From a virus: 64,000 bases of DNA. The stretch is from positions 1 to 64,000 of IMG/VR virus record IMGVR_UViG_3300013006_000023; one strand, 5' to 3'. The notes below the pieces were generated by a model, which did no database searches, had not been told where the DNA came from, and saw nothing but the letters and a program-made list of their open reading frames with translations. This document shows, piece after piece, positions 28,269-36,855 of the stretch; the stretch's first letter is position 1, and each line of letters starts with the position of its first letter. Made by a program: the position numbers and the translations under genes.

Positions 28269-28907
28269 ATGTTTGCAAGAGATTACAACACATTAAATGA
28301 ACTGTATGATACGAAAATTATCAAAGAAAATGTAGGCCTAGGCCCGCTAGCAGACAACAACAATACTACACCTAGTAACACACAAGCAGTAAGAATTAAG
28401 ATGCCACCCAAAAGAACCTGCGGTGAAAATGAAGAGCATTGTGCTTATGCTGCACAAGGTTGTGAATGTGGTGAATGTAGTGAATGTGCACACTCTGAGA
28501 GCTCCTCAGAAGATTGTGAAGGATACGATCCATCATCATACGATAGTAACGGTAAAATGGCAAGACAATTGCTTTTCAGAGTTCATAAACTTTCTGCCAT
28601 GCTTCACGATTTATTAAACAATAAAGACAATATTGAAGCCTGGGTGTTGAGTAAAATTACAAATGCACATGATCAGATAGCATCAGTATTTGGTTATGAA
28701 GATTATGAAGCTGCACTCAATTCAAATCATGGAATGTGTGGTGATAATTTAGAAGAGAATAATGAAGAAGAGCTTTTTAAGAGAATTGATGCAGGTGGAC
28801 TTGACATTCTTGATTTATTAAAATCAAAACTTAGCAGAGAATCAAAAGAGACATTAGAGAAGGTGTTGCTTGAAACAATTATTTTGTTAGAGAAGAAGTC
28901 TAAATAA
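28269..28907 (+). CDS. putative internal head protein with Cys-rich insert
   Basis: Start moved to ATG 28269 (TAAATA 5 nt upstream); leader ends IIKE; contains a GKMARQLL...WVLSKIT helical domain. Confidence 0.6.
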   Translation: MFARDYNTLNELYDTKIIKENVGLGPLADNNNTTPSNTQAVRIKMPPKRTCGENEEHCAYAAQGCECGECSECAHSESSSEDCEGYDPSSYDSNGKMARQLLFRVHKLSAMLHDLLNNKDNIEAWVLSKITNAHDQIASVFGYEDYEAALNSNHGMCGDNLEENNEEELFKRIDAGGLDILDLLKSKLSRESKETLEKVLLETIILLEKKSK

Positions 28908-29553
28908 GTTTCTTATTAAATAGATCAAAAATCCTTGGATCAAACTTACCTATAATTTGCGCTATATATTCTTTTCTCTGTTGGTCGTTGGCCGATTTGT
29001 ACATGTTCCTTAGTTCTGTTGCACTGGATATGCTCTTTCCACCCACATTGAATTGCACTGTGCCAGGAGAAAAAATGTATCCATGTCCGCCATCTTGCTT
29101 GAAGGGTACCATATCACTTAGACTTACAAATGGCTGAAAATATGTAGGGCGGCCGTCTCTTGTTACACCAAATTTAAATCTTGGATCTTCCTTCATATCC
29201 TTCTCTCCAACAGCATAAACTGCTTTGGCAACATTCTGGTCATAATCATTTAAAATTTCTATGGGTTTGTAAGGTTGCTTAACCTGCACTATCTCATGAC
29301 TGGGTACACCTGCTGCTTCCATGATTTGTTTTTTCTCTTGAAAGCTAAATGGATATCTACTTGCATCGTCTGTCTTCTGTGGAGCATCTGAGGTAGCTAT
29401 AAAAAAATCAGCTCCTGGAAATTGCTTCTTGGCCATATCAAAGAATTTCTTGTGACCAATGTGAAATGGCTGAAATCTGCCTGGAAAAATAACTATAAGA
29501 TTATTTTTTTGGTGCTGCAGCACTTCACTAATATATTGTTTAAATGTTTTCAT
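28900..29553 (-). CDS. HIGH-motif nucleotidyltransferase (cytidylyltransferase/NMNAT-like)
   Basis: FPGRFQPFHIGH, YPFSFQEK, AVGEKD, SATELR; leader MKTFKQYISE. Confidence 0.85.
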   Translation of the reverse strand: MKTFKQYISEVLQHQKNNLIVIFPGRFQPFHIGHKKFFDMAKKQFPGADFFIATSDAPQKTDDASRYPFSFQEKKQIMEAAGVPSHEIVQVKQPYKPIEILNDYDQNVAKAVYAVGEKDMKEDPRFKFGVTRDGRPTYFQPFVSLSDMVPFKQDGGHGYIFSPGTVQFNVGGKSISSATELRNMYKSANDQQRKEYIAQIIGKFDPRIFDLFNKKLI

Positions 29554-30755
29554 GCTCTTGGTGTCAGCACATTTGCTGAGCCTTCCATGCCATAAGGCGG
29601 GTTTGTTTGATAGTTCATTCTATTACCTACTGTGTTAATATTCTTCAACTCACTTGTAACATTGCTCTCTTCTTCAGATTTTTTCTGAGCAAACTTACCA
29701 GCTTCTTTACCAGTAATAAAATTGCCGGTAATCTTTACTGGGTTATTCGATATGGATGCATCGCGTACTACTATACCTTCTTGTGTATTCAAAGAGCCAA
29801 GGTCTGATGTAGCCGCATCCTTAATGGCCTGTCCAAGTGAGATAGTAGCTTGATAAAAAACAGCACCATCAATTACTGTTTGCATTGATTTTTCATCATT
29901 AACATACAAATCCAATGGCATGCTGCTCGAAACATTCTTATAATTCTCCAAACTCATAGCTGCTATTGTTCTTCCGGACTTAAGCTTAATTTTTTCATTG
30001 CGCGGATTTTTTGCTGTTGCAAGCCATTCACTAAGAGGCTTTGTTACTATATTTTTTGTATTGTAAGCAACTGTAAAAGGACTACGTAATGCAACGTTTA
30101 GATTCATATTATTTAACTTTATAGTGAACTCATGCTCCACATCAAAACCTTGTTTCTTTGCTATGGGATTTATTTTATCTATCAATGTTAACAAAGCATT
30201 TTTATCAAATGATATCTCTCTGGATGCTCTGCTCATACTGCCACGCACCGGGCTCTTCACACTAATAATTTCATTCAACCCATGAATTGCAAGAAAATTA
30301 TTTGCATATCCAACCACATTGGTCTCACCTTTAACATATTCCATGTTAAATAAAATTTTATCATTGTCCCACATGCCCAACTTCTTCAGATCCTGCTCTA
30401 TAGAAGGAATTGCTGTGTTAAAGATATTTAAAACAGTGGCTCCTATGGTGAGCATTCCATGACCTGCCGGAAACCTGCCAGCAAGTCTGCCCACTGTTAC
30501 ACCAGCCACATCTTCAGGCTTATTTGAACCTCTATCAAGAGCAAATTCTTTTTGATCTTCTTCATTGTTGATGAGTCTAATGGATGCATTAATGCCATCA
30601 ATCTTTAATGAAGCAGGTGTCTTAGCCAAGCTTTTTATTATTTTATTAAAGATGTTAATTAAATTTTTACCAGTATTTGCTTCTGGTAGATCAAATGGAT
30701 GTGCCATATGCCCTGCTACCCCGCCTTCTAATAAGAACTGCTTAAACGTTATCAT
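29550..30755 (-). CDS. RNA-ligase-like covalent nucleotidyltransferase with capsid-targeting-like leader
   Basis: Motif I SLKIDG, NMEYV, motif IV QEGIVVR, motif V PVKITG; leader MITFKQFLLE. Confidence 0.6.
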   Translation of the reverse strand: MITFKQFLLEGGVAGHMAHPFDLPEANTGKNLINIFNKIIKSLAKTPASLKIDGINASIRLINNEEDQKEFALDRGSNKPEDVAGVTVGRLAGRFPAGHGMLTIGATVLNIFNTAIPSIEQDLKKLGMWDNDKILFNMEYVKGETNVVGYANNFLAIHGLNEIISVKSPVRGSMSRASREISFDKNALLTLIDKINPIAKKQGFDVEHEFTIKLNNMNLNVALRSPFTVAYNTKNIVTKPLSEWLATAKNPRNEKIKLKSGRTIAAMSLENYKNVSSSMPLDLYVNDEKSMQTVIDGAVFYQATISLGQAIKDAATSDLGSLNTQEGIVVRDASISNNPVKITGNFITGKEAGKFAQKKSEEESNVTSELKNINTVGNRMNYQTNPPYGMEGSANVLTPRA

Positions 30756-31668
30756 TATTCCTTTTTTTACGCGACTTATTATTCAACAAATGCATTAAAA
30801 TTTTCTTTACATCTTGAGGGGATTCCAGATTCAAATTGCTTGGCGCAAGGTCATAAGATTGTAATTTAGGTGTTATGCGATATAAGGCAGTTCTTATACG
30901 AATAGGTGCACCTTTGTATGTGATGCTTCTGCTGCCGTTTGGACCTAATCTACATTCTATTGTGCATATGCCTTTGAATTCTGGTACACCTATGCCTTGA
31001 ATATCTGTACCCAAATAGTAAAGTCCCAACCCACCAATTTGAATATAATAACAATCCTTACTATTGTAGTGTTTGATAATAGTACTCACATCATTATTTT
31101 TTAAACGCACGTTAAGATCACTTAGTAAACCTTCCTGAGCTGCTTTGTCCCATGCTGTTACTGCTATCTTTCCTGTTGGTGCACGATACTGTAATGCAGA
31201 ATGTAATTCAATTGGATCACACTTCTTTATATATTCTATGTATGCTTGAAGTGCAGGTAATCTGCTTTGTGCTGCTTTTGTTACAAAGGGCAAAACAGCT
31301 GAATCTACACTGCTTGCATCAACAATTTCTACTTTACCAGTTGTTGCATCCATTCGCACAGATGTTGAACCCATTTGAGCATCCCTATTCATCTTCACTT
31401 CAACGTTGAACGGTGCACCATCTGCTTCAATACGCACATCAGCTCCGACATTACTAAAAGCACTTCCTCTGCGATTTATCTTGACTTTTGATAATGAAAA
31501 ATCCTCAATAACACTCTGAATTAATTGTGTAATCTTATGCTCATATACTGCACCACCCATGCCAGCCTTCTCCCTGTGCAACACATCATGAGCAGGTAAG
31601 AGTGGTACCTCTCTTGCGAAAGTCTCAGCAAGGTACACATCACTCAAACTTTTGTAATTTTTACTCAC
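30742..31668 (-). CDS. PD-(D/E)xK restriction-like endonuclease
   Basis: GAVYE...GADVRI...FNVEVKM; YNSKDCYYIQIG. Confidence 0.6.
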   Translation of the reverse strand: MSKNYKSLSDVYLAETFAREVPLLPAHDVLHREKAGMGGAVYEHKITQLIQSVIEDFSLSKVKINRRGSAFSNVGADVRIEADGAPFNVEVKMNRDAQMGSTSVRMDATTGKVEIVDASSVDSAVLPFVTKAAQSRLPALQAYIEYIKKCDPIELHSALQYRAPTGKIAVTAWDKAAQEGLLSDLNVRLKNNDVSTIIKHYNSKDCYYIQIGGLGLYYLGTDIQGIGVPEFKGICTIECRLGPNGSRSITYKGAPIRIRTALYRITPKLQSYDLAPSNLNLESPQDVKKILMHLLNNKSRKKRNNDNV

Positions 31669-32105
31669 GACTTGACATCATTACTATATCTCTTCATTGC
31701 AGATAAAATTTGTTTATACTTTGCCATAAAATTATCCTCATTAATTGTATCAACAAATTGCTTAAAATGAGGATTGTCCAATCTCTCTGGATTATCTTCA
31801 TAGTTTAAGTTCTGACTTATGGCCTCTTGCAAGCCTTCTCTAATGTTCTCAACATTTTCACGTGTAATGGTAGTTGTAAAGAGTGTGTCAATAGAACCAG
31901 ATGGTATATTCATTATCAAGGCTTTTGCGAGAAGCCTGACTAGATCCACGTATCCTTCTGGTGGCAGAGCCTGTGGTGGTGTCTTTATCTGCGGATTGAC
32001 TGCCGGATCTTCATTTGGAGCAGGGGTAGTTGCATCCTGGGGGTTAGGCTCTCCAACAGCTTCAAATACTGACATGTATGCTTCAATTTTTTTACTAAAA
32101 CTCAT
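31665..32105 (-). CDS. putative internal head protein
   Basis: Leader MSFSKKIEAYMSVFE; TATAAATA 5 nt upstream; first gene of a four-gene operon. Confidence 0.55.
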   Translation of the reverse strand: MSFSKKIEAYMSVFEAVGEPNPQDATTPAPNEDPAVNPQIKTPPQALPPEGYVDLVRLLAKALIMNIPSGSIDTLFTTTITRENVENIREGLQEAISQNLNYEDNPERLDNPHFKQFVDTINEDNFMAKYKQILSAMKRYSNDVKS

Positions 32106-32118
32106 ATGTTTATTTATA

Positions 32119-32685
32119 TTAAACCAACATAAGCTGCTTTGTTTTAAGCTGATTAAAATACTTCTCGCTCAAGAACAACAATTCATTCTGTTTGGCAAAT
32201 TTCTGTATTTTATTAAATGTATACTTCTCAAAAGTAATATTATCAACATATGTTTTTAAGTTGCTAACTATCTCAATACCACGGCCATCTCTTGTTTTTA
32301 ACAGATGGGCAAGAAATTCAATATTGTAGCTGGCAATAAAAACTCTGATGGGTAATAATTTTTTAATCTTCAACACTATTGCGTTTAATACAAGTAATAG
32401 TGCTTTTTCATCGTAATATTTTAAAATTTGACAGCTATCAGGGATATGTGATGACGAGAAGAACAACACTACCTTTTCGCTATACTTCTCCCTGAGCAGC
32501 ACCTCACATACACCATGAAACATGTGATGAAAGAAGAGTTTTCTTGCTGTTGCATTCAGCCGATCTGACAGCAAGTTGTATTTATGCAAATCATCAATTA
32601 ACTCTGTCTCAATTATATCTTTAAATAAAAAATTTAAATTAAGTACAACAAAATTATAAGGCTTAAATTCTAATAGTTTCTGCAC
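32119..32685 (-). CDS. hypothetical protein
   Basis: 188-aa ORF in operon orientation, GTG start. Confidence 0.6.
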   Translation of the reverse strand: MQKLLEFKPYNFVVLNLNFLFKDIIETELIDDLHKYNLLSDRLNATARKLFFHHMFHGVCEVLLREKYSEKVVLFFSSSHIPDSCQILKYYDEKALLLVLNAIVLKIKKLLPIRVFIASYNIEFLAHLLKTRDGRGIEIVSNLKTYVDNITFEKYTFNKIQKFAKQNELLFLSEKYFNQLKTKQLMLV

Positions 32686-32689
32686 TTAC

Positions 32690-33121
32690 TCAGTATAAAT
32701 GTTTATTTTGTTCTATCAAGCTTTTTGGTGGCCGGCCAATTCTTACATTCATTATACCATTATAATATTCATCGCTTAACAATACCCCCCTGTTTATTTG
32801 TTCCTTTATTTCAAAATATGCCAACTCCCACTTTGATCCACATATTTTAATTATTTCAAAAGTAAAGCTGTTCTTTCCAAGCTTTATAATGTCTTCATTC
32901 AACTCAACTGAGCTGCTTGTATAAGCTCTCCAATCTGTTTCCTTTACTTCAATTCTCTTGTTCCTCTTGCCCTTGAGAGGTTTTCTCTTGTATTTCGTTT
33001 TGCACTGCTTCTTACCTATATACTTTCTGTTATTAGTATTATTTGTAATTTCATATATAAAGCCAAAAGCCTCATCACTTAATATGACATTCTCTCTTAA
33101 AATCCAATGACCTGTATCCAT
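32690..33121 (-). CDS. GIY-YIG-fold nuclease-like protein
   Basis: GFIYEITN...KYIGKK...DWRAYTSSS...YYNG. Confidence 0.7.
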   Translation of the reverse strand: MDTGHWILRENVILSDEAFGFIYEITNNTNNRKYIGKKQCKTKYKRKPLKGKRNKRIEVKETDWRAYTSSSVELNEDIIKLGKNSFTFEIIKICGSKWELAYFEIKEQINRGVLLSDEYYNGIMNVRIGRPPKSLIEQNKHLY

Positions 33122-33130
33122 AAAGTTATA

Positions 33131-33367
33131 CTATAAACCTGCAAAAGATCTTCTTTTTAATTTTGTTTTTTTCTTTTTCTTGCCAAACGGCCATCTAGAA
33201 TCACCAGGTGCATATGCTAAATCGTTTTGTGAAGGGAATTGATTGCCATGGCTGCCGGCTGGGCCACCAGCACCTGTACCAAATACACCTTCAGCTCCTC
33301 CGGCGACATTCATATCTTCTAATAGTGCTCTATTAAATGCGTCTTCAAAATTTAGTATGGATTTCAT
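33131..33367 (-). CDS. 78-aa protein mimicking the mature N-arm of the major capsid protein, with basic tail
   Basis: GNQFPSQNDLAYAPGDSRWP versus capsid GNQFPSQNDSAYAAGDARLP; leader ends LLE; C-terminal KKKKKTKLKRR. Confidence 0.8.
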   Translation of the reverse strand: MKSILNFEDAFNRALLEDMNVAGGAEGVFGTGAGGPAGSHGNQFPSQNDLAYAPGDSRWPFGKKKKKTKLKRRSFAGL

Positions 33368-33392
33368 AATATAGTATACTATTATTTATGTA

Positions 33393-33785
33393 ATGCTACT
33401 TGAAGATTATATCAATGAACTGGAAAGCGACCTTAAAATAGATGAGCTTATTCTCAAAGACTATCAGCTCAAATTACCTGGCATCAAGCATAAGTGGACT
33501 GGAAGATGCATAAGGCACAAGCTACAATTGTTTCAGATTAAGAAAGACAGAGAAACAATTAAAAAGAATCTGGTAGATAAGCTTCAACAGGCAAGCCCAG
33601 TTAAATTGGCTCAACCTGTGGCTGAAAGAACAGTAGAGAAGCATAGTGAGATTCTTGAAATAGACAGTAAAATAAAAGAATTAGACTTAATTGTGGAATT
33701 GCTTGAAAGGTCTGAAAAAACATTCAGTTCGACTTCATATGATATTAAAAACATCATAGATATTATAAAGCTTGAAACTACATGA
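33393..33785 (+). CDS. uvsY: recombination mediator (UvsY-like)
   Basis: DLKIDE..L, LPGIKHKW, YDIKNIID; immediately upstream of uvsW. Confidence 0.7.
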   Translation: MLLEDYINELESDLKIDELILKDYQLKLPGIKHKWTGRCIRHKLQLFQIKKDRETIKKNLVDKLQQASPVKLAQPVAERTVEKHSEILEIDSKIKELDLIVELLERSEKTFSSTSYDIKNIIDIIKLETT

Positions 33786-35251
33786 TTAACTTTCAGTTTG
33801 ATGAAAAGAAAGATGCTGGTATTATTACTTCCACTTTCCTAGATGAAATAAGAGAGGCTTTCTCTGTAAAAAATGATGCTGCGTTTTTCATGCGCAAAAG
33901 ATACGGCAGATTCCTACCTCAACGAACATATGCAATTACCCCTACCGGTAGATTTGACCCCGGTCTATATCTTGAAATAAGAAAATTTTTAACCAAAAAA
34001 CAGTATGTAGGTGAAGTTGTAACTGATGAATTACTCTTGAATATAATTAAGCCCTCGCAAAAATGGAATAATGATCCAAAGTTTAGTCTAAATGTAATAC
34101 CTCTTTCAATACCATTAAGGGATTACCAAGAGGAAATAGTTAAAAAATCTTTAACCTTTGGCAGGGGCACAATAATTCTCGCAACTGCTGGAGGCAAGAC
34201 ATTAACAGCAGCTTCGCTTTTAACTAAACTCTTCTATACATATGGCTCATCATTCAAATGTTTGTATATTGTACCTGATCTAGGATTAGCAGAACAGACA
34301 TCTGATGATTTTAAGAATTATAATGTACCGTTTTTTACTGCCAAATGGACCGGTTCATGTCCTCTGGATGAAAAACAAATGGCCATTTCAAACGTTATAA
34401 TTGCTAATCTTGGTATTCTGCAAAGCAAAAACACTGATCTTACATGGATTAGAGATATTGATGTATTAATAGTAGACGAAGTTCATAAAATAAGAAGAGG
34501 CAACGAAGTCAATAAAGTTATAAAAAATATAAAGACGCCGGTGCGCTTTGGGTTCACCGGAACTATGCCTGAAAATTTACTTGACCAATGGAACATTATT
34601 GGAAAAATTGGACCTGTAATTTATGAGAAAAATAGCTATGAACTTAGATTGGAAAAGTATATTAGCGGGGTAAGCGTGCAGATATTCAAAATTAAATACA
34701 AAGAAGACCCATTTAAGGATCTAGTAATTTCAGCTGTTAACAGGTATAGAGAAGAGCAGAAGTTTTTAATAAGAAATGAATTTAGAAATCATTTACTGAG
34801 TAAAATTTGTTGTAAGTTAAGCAATAATGCTCTTATATTGGTTGATTTAATAGAGCACGGTCAACGACTGCATGATGAGCTCAAAATTATGTGCCCAGAC
34901 AAAAAAATATACTTTATTCGTGGCGATGTGGAGATTGAACAGAGAGAACATGTTAAAAAATTAATGGAAGAGCATATGGATGTTGTAGTGGTGGCTATAT
35001 CAAAAATATTTTCTACTGGCATTAACATTAAAAATCTTCACTACATACTTTTTGCCTGTGGCGGAAAAGCTAAAATAAAGGTTGTCCAATCCATTGGAAG
35101 AGGTCTTCGCTTGCATAAGGATAAAGATAAGCTTATAATCATGGACATTGCGGATGAACTAAAGTACAGTTTAGCCCATATGCAGAAACGAATACAATTA
35201 TATGAAAAAGAAAAAATTAATTACAGCATCAAACAAATTGATGAAATCTAA
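33782..35251 (+). CDS. uvsW: UvsW-like SF2 DNA helicase
   Basis: LRDYQ, ATAGGKT, VDEVH, GFTGT, FSTGINI, QSIGRGLR. Confidence 0.92.
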   Translation: MINFQFDEKKDAGIITSTFLDEIREAFSVKNDAAFFMRKRYGRFLPQRTYAITPTGRFDPGLYLEIRKFLTKKQYVGEVVTDELLLNIIKPSQKWNNDPKFSLNVIPLSIPLRDYQEEIVKKSLTFGRGTIILATAGGKTLTAASLLTKLFYTYGSSFKCLYIVPDLGLAEQTSDDFKNYNVPFFTAKWTGSCPLDEKQMAISNVIIANLGILQSKNTDLTWIRDIDVLIVDEVHKIRRGNEVNKVIKNIKTPVRFGFTGTMPENLLDQWNIIGKIGPVIYEKNSYELRLEKYISGVSVQIFKIKYKEDPFKDLVISAVNRYREEQKFLIRNEFRNHLLSKICCKLSNNALILVDLIEHGQRLHDELKIMCPDKKIYFIRGDVEIEQREHVKKLMEEHMDVVVVAISKIFSTGINIKNLHYILFACGGKAKIKVVQSIGRGLRLHKDKDKLIIMDIADELKYSLAHMQKRIQLYEKEKINYSIKQIDEI

Positions 35252-35789
35252 GCCATCGAGCTTGGAGCAGGATCTGGTCTTAGCAAAGACTGCAACTGGT
35301 GCACCAAGCATTACACCTACAGTCACAAAGAAGGTTAAAATTAAGCCCAAGGATAAAGTACACTATGTGAATGGTAAAGAATTTGAAGAAGAGATACGAG
35401 CTTATTACAAGGGTGGTGTTGTGACACAGAAACTTGGAGAAAGTTTAACCAAGATTGCCAATGGTTTGTCGTACGCTCCAAACTTTATTAACTACTCCTA
35501 TAAAGATGATATGATTGGTGATGCCATAGTAAAAATGTTCTCCGCTCTAAAGAACCACAAGTTCAGACTAGATACCGGTTTTAGCCCATTCTCCTACTTC
35601 ACTACCATTGCATTTCATGCTTTCATTAACCGTATTAAAAAAGAGAACAAACACCACGCTGTAATTAATGAATACAAGGAGAAGGTTTATATGGATCATA
35701 TGATTAATCCGGATATTACTGGGGGCGCGCATATCTATGTGGAGCCGTCAAGTAACGACGACAATTATAACACCCAGCATGACAATTAA
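35202..35789 (+). CDS. gp55: late-transcription sigma factor (gp55-like)
   Basis: HYVNGKEF, KIANGLSYAPNFINYSYKDDMIGDA, PFSYFTTIAFHAFINRIKKE. Confidence 0.92.
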   Translation: MKKKKLITASNKLMKSKPSSLEQDLVLAKTATGAPSITPTVTKKVKIKPKDKVHYVNGKEFEEEIRAYYKGGVVTQKLGESLTKIANGLSYAPNFINYSYKDDMIGDAIVKMFSALKNHKFRLDTGFSPFSYFTTIAFHAFINRIKKENKHHAVINEYKEKVYMDHMINPDITGGAHIYVEPSSNDDNYNTQHDN

Positions 35790-36855
35790 AAAGCAGGATA
35801 TACAAACTACAAATAATAAAGTATGCTGTATTGCAGATTTACACATTGGCGTACATCAAAATAATATCTTTTGGCATGAGACTGCGTTAACATGGGCCAA
35901 ATGGTTAAAGAGTCAGCTTGAAGAAGCTGATATTAAAGACATCTTTATTCTAGGTGATCTATATCATTACAGGGATGAAATTGCTGTTAATACTATTCAT
36001 GTTGTTAACCAAATACTAACATTATGGTCTGATTTTAATATTGTTATTTTGGTTGGCAATCATGATGCTTATTACAAAGACAGGTCTGACATAAACTCTC
36101 TGTCCATTCTAAATGGCTGGAAGAATATCCATGTCATCAGTCAACCAGCTGTACACACCCTCTACGGCAAGAGCATATGTTTTGTACCGTGGGGTACAGA
36201 TGTTAATGATATGGAGCCATGTGATATTATGTTTGGACATTTTGAAATTGAAACATTTAAGATGAATAGCCATAAAGCTTGTGATCATGGAGTAAAGTCT
36301 GCAGATCTTCTTTCTAAGGCGAATCTCATCTTCACAGGTCATTTTCATCTAAGAGACGAAAGAACCTACAAAGATAAAACAATTGTTTATGTTGGCAATC
36401 CATTTGAAATGGACTTTGGTGATGCTGGTTCAACCAAAGGTTACTACATACTTGATCTTGCTACCAGTAAATATGAATTTTTTGAAAACAAGCTCTCACC
36501 TAAGCATAAGAAAATATCTATTACAGATTTAACTGCTCATAAATCTCTCAGTGCTACAGAAATAAAAGATGCCGTTAATAACAACATCATCAAGCTTGTC
36601 ATAGATAAAAAAATATCAAGTGATAGTATTGACATACTAATACAGAAGATGTCCGCATTCAAACCTTTTAATTTCTCTGTTGATTACACACTCTACAATG
36701 ACTCTATCACAGTAAATGAAGACCAGGCTTATGACTTATCAGGTGTTGATATGGGCAAAGCTATTGAGGAATTTGTTTCCCTTCTCGACATTGATAGAAA
36801 AAAAGAAGTGTCGCAGCAGTGCCTAGAATTGTACAAGAAAGCCATTAGCACATGA
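35779..36855 (+). CDS. gp47: recombination nuclease subunit (gp47/Mre11-like)
   Basis: ADLHIG, LGDLY, VGNHD, GHFE, TGHFH, YVGNP. Confidence 0.92.
   Translation: MTIKKQDIQTTNNKVCCIADLHIGVHQNNIFWHETALTWAKWLKSQLEEADIKDIFILGDLYHYRDEIAVNTIHVVNQILTLWSDFNIVILVGNHDAYYKDRSDINSLSILNGWKNIHVISQPAVHTLYGKSICFVPWGTDVNDMEPCDIMFGHFEIETFKMNSHKACDHGVKSADLLSKANLIFTGHFHLRDERTYKDKTIVYVGNPFEMDFGDAGSTKGYYILDLATSKYEFFENKLSPKHKKISITDLTAHKSLSATEIKDAVNNNIIKLVIDKKISSDSIDILIQKMSAFKPFNFSVDYTLYNDSITVNEDQAYDLSGVDMGKAIEEFVSLLDIDRKKEVSQQCLELYKKAIST

Noticed and set aside
32690-33121. GIY-YIG protein as a mobile homing endonuclease or intron
   Set aside because: It is a short catalytic-fold-only protein with no DNA-binding tail and interrupts no gene.
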